Sequence record: LT960552.1
Length of the DNA stretch: 64,000 nucleotides
Strand: one strand, 5' to 3'
The first letter of the stretch is position 1; each line of letters opens with the position of its first letter. Positions 55,899 to 64,000 of this stretch are shown here, piece after piece. The notes below the pieces were generated by a model. The model saw only the letters and a list, made by a program, of their open reading frames with translations, was not told where the DNA came from and searched no databases. The position numbers were made by a program, and so were the translations under genes.

Positions 55899-56345
55899 AT
55901 GGCTGGAAAGGGATTTGCATGTTTGACGTTGGATATTGAACAGGCTAAAGAAATACATAAAATTTTTAAGATTGCTGGAATTGAATGCTTGACACCAACT
56001 AAATTTCATGTTACCGTTATGCAAGATGAAAGCAATCCTGATATTGATATTTTAGTAAATGATGCAACATACACAGCAACAATAACTGGTGTAGAAAGAT
56101 TAGGAAAACCTGGTGGTGAATGGGAAGCAATAGTACTGTTATTAAAATCACCAGAAATTGAAAATCGACATAAGGAATTAAAAAATGCAGGATTCAATCA
56201 CAAATTTCCTGATTATACTTGTCATATGAGTATTGTTTATAAACCAAAAGATACAGATTTAGATTTAATTGAACTAGTTTTTAAACTTGGGGTTCTTCCA
56301 GAAGAATTAACTTTTGGTAATGAATATATGGAAACATCAACGTGA
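55899..56345 (+). CDS. acb1: 2H phosphoesterase, T4 57B/Acb1-like anti-CBASS nuclease
   Basis: KFHVTV and HMSIVY (HxT/HxS), VLLLKS....RH..L...G..H.F.DY, EY.E as in T4 Acb1. Confidence 0.75.
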   Translation: MAGKGFACLTLDIEQAKEIHKIFKIAGIECLTPTKFHVTVMQDESNPDIDILVNDATYTATITGVERLGKPGGEWEAIVLLLKSPEIENRHKELKNAGFNHKFPDYTCHMSIVYKPKDTDLDLIELVFKLGVLPEELTFGNEYMETST

Positions 56346-56355
56346 GATAACTGCC

Positions 56356-56574
56356 ATGAAAGCAGATCAGTACTTAAATGAATATCAAAAAAGTTTATAT
56401 AGTGGGGCGTGGGTTGATTCACATCCAGCCTCAGATAAAATGGTAACATGTATCAGATGTTTTAATTCATATAATTTGAAATTAGCACCAAGAACTGTAC
56501 CTAAGACTGATGGATATTATACTAAAGAACCAAAATGTCCAACATGTGGATGTCGATTATATTTTTCACAATAA
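56356..56574 (+). CDS. small zinc-ribbon protein
   Basis: CIRC...CPTC; start refined. Confidence 0.7.
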   Translation: MKADQYLNEYQKSLYSGAWVDSHPASDKMVTCIRCFNSYNLKLAPRTVPKTDGYYTKEPKCPTCGCRLYFSQ

Positions 56575-56605
56575 CTATAATTTATTATTTTAAGAAGTAA
56601 TTGAA

Positions 56606-57016
56606 ATGCTAATTAATGATAAAAATCATTTATACCATCTTATAAAGTATGGTGTATATTTTGGATACAGCAATGACAGTATTATAGAATTTATCCAAAA
56701 TTTTGGAACTGCATATGAAGAAATTAACGGAAAGTTTTTTGATTATCGTATTAAAGGTGAAACTGCTGGAACTGGTCATATGTGCTCATGGTATGAAGCT
56801 ATAACACTTTCCTATAAAGAATTAACTAACCGGATTAATTCTAATAGATATTGTGATATTATTTTTCCGTGGGATAATGATAAACCATTTAACAAAACAC
56901 TAACAGATAGCTATGTAACCAATTTGTATAGTACTAATTTTATGTATAGATATAAAGTCGAACAATTATTTAATTACATAACAACTAATTTTGATATAAC
57001 ATTTCAACAGGAATAA
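56606..57016 (+). CDS. hypothetical protein
   Basis: ORF. Confidence 0.7.
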   Translation: MLINDKNHLYHLIKYGVYFGYSNDSIIEFIQNFGTAYEEINGKFFDYRIKGETAGTGHMCSWYEAITLSYKELTNRINSNRYCDIIFPWDNDKPFNKTLTDSYVTNLYSTNFMYRYKVEQLFNYITTNFDITFQQE

Positions 57017-57018
57017 AA

Positions 57019-57810
57019 ATGAATCTCAATAACTTTATTGCAAATAAAGGTGTTCCACGGTTAGTATTTGCTACAGGTGCAGGATTATCACAAGAATCTG
57101 GAATTAGTACTTTTCGTGATGCTGATAATGAAGGTTTATGGGATCAGTACAATATTGATGAAATTTGTAATTTTGCAACTTTTCATATTAATTATCAAAA
57201 AGTACATAATTTTTACAACCAACTACGAGAAAACTTAAAACATGTTGAACCAAATATTGGTCATCATATTATTGCTGAATTTCAAAAAATGTACGGGGAT
57301 GATAGGGTAATACATATCACGGCTAATGTTGATGATTTATCAGAACGTGCAGGTGGAACAGCAATGCATGTTCATGGTAAACTAACTGAAGTAGTAGAAC
57401 CTTTTAGTATTAATTCTAACAATTATGAAGTAAAAGATATTGGATATGAAAGTTTCACACCAACTGATGGGGTAATTTCTAAACCAAATATTGTTATGTT
57501 TGGTGAAGGATTTTGGTTCACTGATGGTGTACGTAAACCAATTTACGATGATATGTATCTAGTACTAGATAGTTTAACTGAACAAGATACTGTAATTGTT
57601 ATTGGTTCATCTGATACAGTAATTCCTTGGTCAGTATATGCTGGGTTAGCAACTCCAGCCCAAACATTAAATGTGAATCCAGAATCACACGAAAAAGATG
57701 AATATTTTACATATAATATGTATCAACCAATCAGCAATGCAATATCTATGATTGACCAATATATTCACATGCGTATGGATAAACAAGATTTTAGCTCAGT
57801 AGAATATTAA
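57019..57810 (+). CDS. Sir2/CobB-like NAD-dependent deacylase
   Basis: TGAGLSQESGISTFRD, T.NVDDL.ERAG, HVHG, KPNIVMFGE, IGSS. Confidence 0.9.
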   Translation: MNLNNFIANKGVPRLVFATGAGLSQESGISTFRDADNEGLWDQYNIDEICNFATFHINYQKVHNFYNQLRENLKHVEPNIGHHIIAEFQKMYGDDRVIHITANVDDLSERAGGTAMHVHGKLTEVVEPFSINSNNYEVKDIGYESFTPTDGVISKPNIVMFGEGFWFTDGVRKPIYDDMYLVLDSLTEQDTVIVIGSSDTVIPWSVYAGLATPAQTLNVNPESHEKDEYFTYNMYQPISNAISMIDQYIHMRMDKQDFSSVEY

Positions 57811-57819
57811 GGTTATATT

Positions 57820-58728
57820 ATGATAGGTTATGAAGAAATTGAATTCGGAACACGTTCAAATCGATTTGACTGTGTTTTTGTATGGATATATGCACGTAAC
57901 TGTACACCATATGCTGGTTATCCATATAATGATATTCCTAATGTAAGTTTAGTACTTACTGAATTACGATGGGATGGGTTATTTGGTGCAGTTGGTGGTG
58001 CAGTAGAAGATGATGATTTAAATTTAGAAGTTGCTATCCATCGTGAATCAATGGAAGAAATTGCGTATGATTTACCGATTGAACGACTGGAACCGTTGGC
58101 AACATATAAAAATACGATAAGTGGTTCTCATATTCATAGTTATTCATTGGAAGTAACTTATGAAGAACTATTAGAAATTCGTAAGAATGCATATGATGGT
58201 GTACATTTTAATCCTGAAAATGCAGGTATTAACTTACTACATATTTGCCGATATTTAAAATCTGGTAAAATTGAATGTGGTTGGAATACAGTACTTGAAC
58301 AAAATTTTGTCAGTACTTCTAAACTAGAATTAATGAAATTAGTTCGTACTAAAAATTTACTTATTGATTATGTAGATGATAGTGCTGGAACTAAAGGTTC
58401 ATATAAGATGTTTATTGATGATATACGTGATGTTAATATGTATTATCCATATGATGAATTTGTGGTAGTACGTTCATATAAAGATGCAGTTCAATATGTA
58501 ACTGAACATGGACTACCATCATTTGTATCATTTGATCATGATTTGGGCGATACTGAAAGTGAAAATGAAGAAACAGGATATACATTTGCTAAGTACTTAG
58601 TAGAGTATATGATGGATAATCAAATTGCAGTCCCTTTTGAATATCATGTTCATAGTGCTAATCCAGTAGGGGCAATGAATATCATGTCCTACTTGGAAAA
58701 TGCATTTAAATTTATTCGGAGTTTATAA
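57820..58728 (+). CDS. fusion: NUDT16-like Nudix hydrolase + cyclic-phosphate-processing receiver domain
   Basis: LRWDGLFGAVGG.V......AIHRESMEEI; C-terminal FIDDIRD..VRSY..SFDHDLG..TGY..HSANPVG. Confidence 0.7.
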   Translation: MIGYEEIEFGTRSNRFDCVFVWIYARNCTPYAGYPYNDIPNVSLVLTELRWDGLFGAVGGAVEDDDLNLEVAIHRESMEEIAYDLPIERLEPLATYKNTISGSHIHSYSLEVTYEELLEIRKNAYDGVHFNPENAGINLLHICRYLKSGKIECGWNTVLEQNFVSTSKLELMKLVRTKNLLIDYVDDSAGTKGSYKMFIDDIRDVNMYYPYDEFVVVRSYKDAVQYVTEHGLPSFVSFDHDLGDTESENEETGYTFAKYLVEYMMDNQIAVPFEYHVHSANPVGAMNIMSYLENAFKFIRSL

Positions 58729-59030
58729 TGAAACGTTTTGTTTGGTCAATTATTTTATCTTTTCTTATTGTATATGCAATGTCATGGGCAGTAAGTTCAT
58801 CTAAAGGTACTGAAAAACAGCGGATTTATTCTAATACCGGAGTTGTTGTTGCATTAGGTCAGTGTAAGAATGGTGAGTGTTCGTTTCAATACACTGATAA
58901 GAATAATTCATTACAGTATGCAACATCATCAACACCAGTTAGTATAGGACAACTGGTGTATCAACAATGTTGGTATGAAGAAGTGAAGGGAAATCTATGC
59001 TATACTGAATATCAACCTAGCAAAAACTAG
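58728..59030 (+). CDS. membrane-anchored/secreted protein
   Basis: N-terminal TM, four Cys. Confidence 0.75.
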   Translation: MKRFVWSIILSFLIVYAMSWAVSSSKGTEKQRIYSNTGVVVALGQCKNGECSFQYTDKNNSLQYATSSTPVSIGQLVYQQCWYEEVKGNLCYTEYQPSKN

Positions 59031-59102
59031 TTGTATTTTGTAATATTAAATACAATTAGTTAATAAAAAGTGTTACGCACACAAACTAAAAAAAGGATGT
59101 TT

Positions 59103-60557
59103 ATGAAACGATATGTTCTTGACACAAACGTGATTCTTAGTGACCCAAATGCTATTCTTGCCTTTGAAGGTTCACATGTTATTCTTCCATTCACAGTACT
59201 AGAAGAATTAGATTCCATTAAGAGTCGCAAAGTTGACATTAGTAGAGATGCACGTGTTGCAGTTCGCAATATTAGTGCAATTCTTGAAGGTGCAACTCAT
59301 GAAGAAATTGCAACTACAGGTGTTCCAATTTCACGTACTCACACCAATATTCACGAGGATACCCGTCTTTTTGTTCTAACCATTGAAGAACTCGATGCAA
59401 TTAAAGCATTATCTGGCTCTGCTACGTATGATGTGGACTATGCAAAGAATGAAACTCTACGTAATAGCACTGTACCAGATGACAAAATTATTCTAGTTGC
59501 TAAGCTAAGTAATTCTGTACTAGTAACTCGTGATATTAATATGCGAATTAAAGCACTAGCATATGGTGTTGAAGTTCAAGATTATCGTCACGATATAACA
59601 ATTGAAGATTCTGATTTGATTCATACAGGTCATCATGCAATCGAAGGTTCAATTTGGGATCGCATTGGAACTGTTTATTCAGAACAACACGGAATCAAAT
59701 TATTACACTTCGTACCAAAAGATCAAGTAGATTTCTTACCAGCAAATATTTGTGTTGGTGATTTTGTTTATGACGAAGCTGATGTACTGTTCGTTTATGA
59801 AGGTGAAGGTGCACGTTTAGATGAAAATGATGAGCCAATTGATGATGAACAATATATTGCATTTATTGATGTTGGACAATCTTCTTCATTAAATCGTAAA
59901 GTATGGCATATCAAAGCTAAAAATATCCAACAGGCTATGGCAATTAATAGTATTATGGATAGTGATGTTCATATTACAGTACTATTAGGATCAGCCGGTA
60001 CTGGTAAAACACTAATTACTATGGCATGTGCTTTAGAATTAGTAATGGAATTGAAGCATAAAAACAAACGTTACGAGCGTATTATTTTCTCTAAAACTCA
60101 GGATTCTCAATTTGAAGACATTGGTTTTTTACCAGGAACTGAGATGGAAAAAGTGATGCCATTCTGTGGTGCAGCAGTTGATGCCTTGGAATATTTACAT
60201 AAAGATGATGTGAATCCACAAGGTTCAATTGATGAAACTTTGAAACGTAATAAGTTCCAATTCAAAGCATTAAATTTTGTTCGTGGTCGTAGTTTCATTA
60301 ATACAATTCTAATTGTGGATGAATTCCAAAATATTACACCAGCACAAGCAAAAACAATTTTGACTCGTGCAGGTGAGAACTGTAAAGTAATCATTATGGG
60401 TAACTTATCTCAGATTGATAATAAGTTTGTAAGTCCAACTAATAGTGGATTAACTTATGTTACTGAGAAATTTAAAGATTGGGAAGGTTGCCGAATTATT
60501 GAATTAGAAGGTGTAGTACGTTCACCACTAGCTGCTTTCGCAGAAGAAAATCTATAA
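59103..60557 (+). CDS. phoH: PhoH-like ATPase with N-terminal PIN domain
   Basis: YVLDTNV, EELD, DD.I, VTRDINMRIKA; GSAGTGKT, RGRS, DEFQN, GN..QID. Confidence 0.92.
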   Translation: MKRYVLDTNVILSDPNAILAFEGSHVILPFTVLEELDSIKSRKVDISRDARVAVRNISAILEGATHEEIATTGVPISRTHTNIHEDTRLFVLTIEELDAIKALSGSATYDVDYAKNETLRNSTVPDDKIILVAKLSNSVLVTRDINMRIKALAYGVEVQDYRHDITIEDSDLIHTGHHAIEGSIWDRIGTVYSEQHGIKLLHFVPKDQVDFLPANICVGDFVYDEADVLFVYEGEGARLDENDEPIDDEQYIAFIDVGQSSSLNRKVWHIKAKNIQQAMAINSIMDSDVHITVLLGSAGTGKTLITMACALELVMELKHKNKRYERIIFSKTQDSQFEDIGFLPGTEMEKVMPFCGAAVDALEYLHKDDVNPQGSIDETLKRNKFQFKALNFVRGRSFINTILIVDEFQNITPAQAKTILTRAGENCKVIIMGNLSQIDNKFVSPTNSGLTYVTEKFKDWEGCRIIELEGVVRSPLAAFAEENL

Positions 60558-60604
60558 TTATAAAAGGGGATATTTCGGTATCCCTTTTTCCATAAGGCTA
60601 ATAA

Positions 60605-61039
60605 ATGGAAATTTATTTAACAGGAATAGTACTGAAATTAGATGAAGCAAATTTAAACGGTAGAATTTATTCATTAAAAGATGTAGAAAAATCTATATTA
60701 AATTTGCAAAATACTATTATACATGGTAACCTATTATCTGAAATTGACCCTTTAGAACGAACAGCAACGATTAATTTAGATAATGTTGGTGCTATTGTTG
60801 AAAAATTAGAAATAGTTGATAACAATTTAGTTAGTACTGTTCGAGTACTACCTACGGTTAGGGGTCAACAATTAACTCGTGTATTAGAAAATAATGGAAA
60901 TGTCTTTCTAAGCTCACGAGGATATGGTACAATTGATATTGATGGAAATATTGCCGATTTTAAATTAATTACGGTTGACATATTACCAGCACATGCATGT
61001 GATGATCCTGATAAAATTTGCAGGATTGATATAAAATAA
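60605..61039 (+). CDS. T4 gp21-like prohead protease homolog, catalytic His apparently absent
   Basis: N.NGRIY, SSRG.G, F.L.TVDI; SEIDP where gp21 has GELNHP. Confidence 0.65.
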   Translation: MEIYLTGIVLKLDEANLNGRIYSLKDVEKSILNLQNTIIHGNLLSEIDPLERTATINLDNVGAIVEKLEIVDNNLVSTVRVLPTVRGQQLTRVLENNGNVFLSSRGYGTIDIDGNIADFKLITVDILPAHACDDPDKICRIDIK

Positions 61040-61099
61040 ATGAAACAGCTTTAAAAATTATGGTATAATCTAAACATAACTACAATGAAGGAAATAAAA

Positions 61100-61357
61100 A
61101 TGGCTAAGCAAGATGATAAAGCACTAAAATCTACACGTAAAGATCGTCTATATAAAAATGAGCAGCTAGACGCTCTATTAGACCTTCGTCGTAAAGGTGT
61201 TCTCACCCGTCAGCAGTTCCGTTTACAGACCTTTGATAAGGGTCTACAGGGCAGCACTAAGGGTTCTCCAATGTATAACGCATTTGAACTAGAAAAAGTG
61301 AATGGTAGTAAAAAAGCGATTCTAGTTGAGAAAACTAAGCAGTGGGTACGTATCTAA
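61100..61357 (+). CDS. small basic protein
   Basis: AAGGA RBS; TGgTATAAT promoter; start refined. Confidence 0.75.
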   Translation: MAKQDDKALKSTRKDRLYKNEQLDALLDLRRKGVLTRQQFRLQTFDKGLQGSTKGSPMYNAFELEKVNGSKKAILVEKTKQWVRI

Positions 61358-61485
61358 TTTCTGGCCTGTTTTGATATAAACAACATAAATAAGTTTACAA
61401 TAATAAAAATATTTTTGACTCCATGTTGTTTATATTACATTCTTTAAGGCCAACGTAAGTTGGCCTTTTTTATTGGAAAAATAAA

Positions 61486-62205
61486 ATGATTAATGAAAAC
61501 AACGAACAAATAGATGTTGAATTAGAGAATCATAATATGATAGAAGAAATTTATACATATTTCTCTAATATCGGAACTCCTGATGTAATAATCTATGGTT
61601 CATTTATTGAAAAAACATGTGGGTTTGATGTTATTCCAAATGATATTGATATATCAGTAATTATTAAAGATGAATTGCCTGAAAATCATTATAGTACTTT
61701 TTTCTTAAATTCTTCTAAATTACCAATAAATGTTGAATACTTAAGTATGGAATCATTTAAACAAGAACTTAATTCATTCCAGCCAAAGTATTTTTTATGT
61801 ACAGCAACTCCAGAATTAAGTGAACTGATAGATTCAGTTTGGAAAAATAAAGAATTGCATGAGATTCGTGCTGGTATCAGTTCTATAACTTCTAAAGCAT
61901 TTGATAAAGGCCGAAAAAAACTGTTAGTTCATGAAGATTATGATGAAGTACTAGGTCTTAAAAATTTATATCATGCATTTAAATTTCCGTTATATGCAAA
62001 ATGGTATTACTATCCTGAACTTGCATGTGAATGCTACTTAGATGATATCGAGTATTTGAATGATATTCATAAAAACATTTATGAAATTTATAAAAATAGC
62101 AATGGAACACTTGATGAGCGGTGTGATATTGTAGTATCATATGCTAAACCACTTTATAATAAGTTGTTAACAGACTTCCGTAAATTATTTCCTAAAAAGG
62201 TATAG
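61486..62205 (+). CDS. predicted nucleotidyltransferase
   Basis: YGS....PNDIDI; K.LYH..K.P. Confidence 0.7.
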   Translation: MINENNEQIDVELENHNMIEEIYTYFSNIGTPDVIIYGSFIEKTCGFDVIPNDIDISVIIKDELPENHYSTFFLNSSKLPINVEYLSMESFKQELNSFQPKYFLCTATPELSELIDSVWKNKELHEIRAGISSITSKAFDKGRKKLLVHEDYDEVLGLKNLYHAFKFPLYAKWYYYPELACECYLDDIEYLNDIHKNIYEIYKNSNGTLDERCDIVVSYAKPLYNKLLTDFRKLFPKKV

Positions 62206-62209
62206 CATA

Positions 62210-62425
62210 ATGACAATATTTGTAATTCTTGGAATGTTATTGCTGTTTTTATTTGGTTTGGCAGCGACTATTGGAAGTATAGTTTTGATATTCTTCTCAT
62301 CAATGTTTGGTGGTAAAGTTAGTACTGGTGAATTATTATTTGGTATATTTTGGATCTGCGTTGGTTCATATTGTTTGTACTATGTATTTTCAAATATAAA
62401 TTTTAGTATTAATATAACGGGATGA
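62210..62425 (+). CDS. membrane protein
   Basis: two TM segments. Confidence 0.7.
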   Translation: MTIFVILGMLLLFLFGLAATIGSIVLIFFSSMFGGKVSTGELLFGIFWICVGSYCLYYVFSNINFSINITG

Positions 62426-62429
62426 TAAA

Positions 62430-62564
62430 ATGGGCGAATTGATTTTTGCATTAGTAGAATGCTTAATTGAAATATTGTGTATGGGTGCATCAGTTCGTTG
62501 GTTTTTTGGATTACTATTATTATCTATAGCTATTTGTGTTGGTTATTATACCTATATTATGTAA
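62430..62564 (+). CDS. small membrane protein (44 aa)
   Basis: hydrophobic ORF in operon; missed by the track. Confidence 0.55.
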   Translation: MGELIFALVECLIEILCMGASVRWFFGLLLLSIAICVGYYTYIM

Positions 62565-62642
62565 GGATTAAAAAATGAAACTATTTACAAAAGGACGCAT
62601 GTCATTTCGATTATGAATTTTAAATCATAATAAGGAGGACAT

Positions 62643-63185
62643 ATGTTCTTTAATCAGAAATTTAAAATCTTCTATGATAACGGAAATGTAGTTGAAGTAG
62701 ATGATTTGTTAGAATACATTGGTAATGCATATGGTGCTGCTGAAAAATTCTACTTACGTATGAAGTTTACTATAAAAGTTGATAAATCAAGTTTTTGGAG
62801 TTCTTCATACTTTAACGAAAATTGGCATGTAACAGATTTGTTCTTATACACTGAAAACAATATCATGATTTCTCCTGAGTTGTTTAAAGGTGAATATTTA
62901 AAACATCGTACCGATTATATGAATATATGGTACAGAAATCGTAAGTATTCCATGATGCAATGGAGGCATTTTCATTTCAAACGTGGTCATACATCAACGT
63001 ATGAACGTAAAATGGAAACGATAGCTGAACGTAGGGCAATTGCTGGTGTAGTAAAAGAAGAAGGTGAACCAGAGTTTCGTGGTCGCCGCCGTTGTATCCC
63101 ACATCCGTGGGATGACATAATGGCTCGTCGCAGTCTTTCTTGGAAAGATTGTACTAAAAGAAAACGTCAACATAAAGGAAGCTAA
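62643..63185 (+). CDS. hypothetical phage protein
   Basis: AGGAGG RBS; basic C-terminus with PWDD..SWK. Confidence 0.8.
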   Translation: MFFNQKFKIFYDNGNVVEVDDLLEYIGNAYGAAEKFYLRMKFTIKVDKSSFWSSSYFNENWHVTDLFLYTENNIMISPELFKGEYLKHRTDYMNIWYRNRKYSMMQWRHFHFKRGHTSTYERKMETIAERRAIAGVVKEEGEPEFRGRRRCIPHPWDDIMARRSLSWKDCTKRKRQHKGS

Positions 63186-63213
63186 TGCTTCCTTTTTTCA
63201 TAGAAGATATATA

Positions 63214-64000
63214 ATGAATTCAGATGAACTACTACTAGCTCGTAGACTTTTAAACAATTTAACTATTGAAAATAGAAATTTTATTGTAACTCGTGACATA
63301 TCACACGATATCCCTTCTTATGAAGATTGTAGATATCCATCACATTTAATTAGTTGGCTACATTTAAATAATTTATTAGTACTGTTAAGTAGCTACCCAA
63401 TTGATGATGATGAACGTTATTTTATTGAAATTTTTAAAATTACTGAATTGGGTAGTACTATTACATGGTTTACTGAATTACTTGAACAATACAATAAAGG
63501 AATGGATGGGGAACACGAATTTAGATATGCAGGAAAATTATTGTATACTATATTACATAACTTCAATGAACTAGAAGTAGACCCTGTTATTCAATTAATA
63601 ACTGATGAAGAAAAAGAAGCATATCAACATTTTTACCGTACCCAAGTTTGGGATTCGACCGTTAAAGAAACAAAGACTTATACACGTGAAGAAGCATTAC
63701 AAACAATTGAATTTAATAAAGGTTTACTTTCTATGTTTGAAATGTCAGTAATTTTAGGTGCACGTGGTACAGATCCTACCCGTACAAATAATTATGTTTT
63801 CAAAAAATGTATGGAAGAATTGGGTGAAATGGCAGTTGAAGATCAAATTGAAAATGGTCTTTCATATAAAGATGCTGGCAGTGATGGTGTTGCTGGTGAA
63901 GCTGTAGATCTTGCAATTTGTGCAATGGATATGTTTGCCTTGCAGTATGGACATTTAAATCCAGAAGAAATTCAAGAGAAGTTTATCACTTATATGAATA
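63214..64000 (+). CDS. partial gene with C-terminal MazG-like NTP pyrophosphohydrolase motif
   Basis: open to the window end; in-frame KCMEELGE...GEAVDLAICAMD. Confidence 0.7.
   Translation, partial: MNSDELLLARRLLNNLTIENRNFIVTRDISHDIPSYEDCRYPSHLISWLHLNNLLVLLSSYPIDDDERYFIEIFKITELGSTITWFTELLEQYNKGMDGEHEFRYAGKLLYTILHNFNELEVDPVIQLITDEEKEAYQHFYRTQVWDSTVKETKTYTREEALQTIEFNKGLLSMFEMSVILGARGTDPTRTNNYVFKKCMEELGEMAVEDQIENGLSYKDAGSDGVAGEAVDLAICAMDMFALQYGHLNPEEIQEKFITYMN

Noticed and set aside
234-60394. Short antisense or alternate-frame ORFs (e.g. 234-428, 1233-1451, 2088-2519, 16115-16444, 46486-46830, 49721-50086, 60107-60394)
   Set aside because: These are shadows of well-supported genes or of the repeat element, with no RBS or recognisable motifs.
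1-64000. Prophage, integrase, IS element, intron or homing endonuclease
   Set aside because: No recombinase, transposase or HNH/GIY-YIG motifs were recognised, and the ligase, rnlA and nadV frames are uninterrupted.

Overview
64 kb from an AT-rich lytic jumbo phage that most likely infects Enterobacterales. It resembles RaK2/GAP32/BF-type myoviruses, which I infer from gene content, not from a database match. Positions 1-17 kb form an early, host-takeover-like region of small genes, most with their own sigma70 promoter and terminator, and may be a genome end or terminal repeat. From 17 to 64 kb the genes are dense and on the + strand. They include a diverged paralog array, an N6-adenine methyltransferase, a SpoT-like HD hydrolase, nucleotidyltransferases, RNA ligase 1 with PseT, DNA ligase, ClpP, dCMP deaminase, NAD salvage (NadM-Nudix and Nampt), an Acb1-like 2H phosphoesterase, a sirtuin and PhoH. 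Two virion-type genes (49636-50541 and 50583-51620) lie on the MINUS strand although the ORF track labels them +. The main unexplained signals are non-coding. (1) An 11-copy two-hairpin element with extensive compensatory base changes sits 8-10 nt downstream of its own sigma70 -10 box, on both strands. (2) A ~480-650 nt ORF-free region at 27.65-28.31 kb folds into nested long-range helices. (3) A covarying two-hairpin leader is shared by the two NAD-salvage genes. (4) A ~130 nt cloverleaf RNA candidate and a consensus boxA lie near the left end. (5) The palindrome AGTACT is heavily over-represented and occurs as phased pairs in early promoters. No tRNA, rRNA, CRISPR array or integrase was seen.
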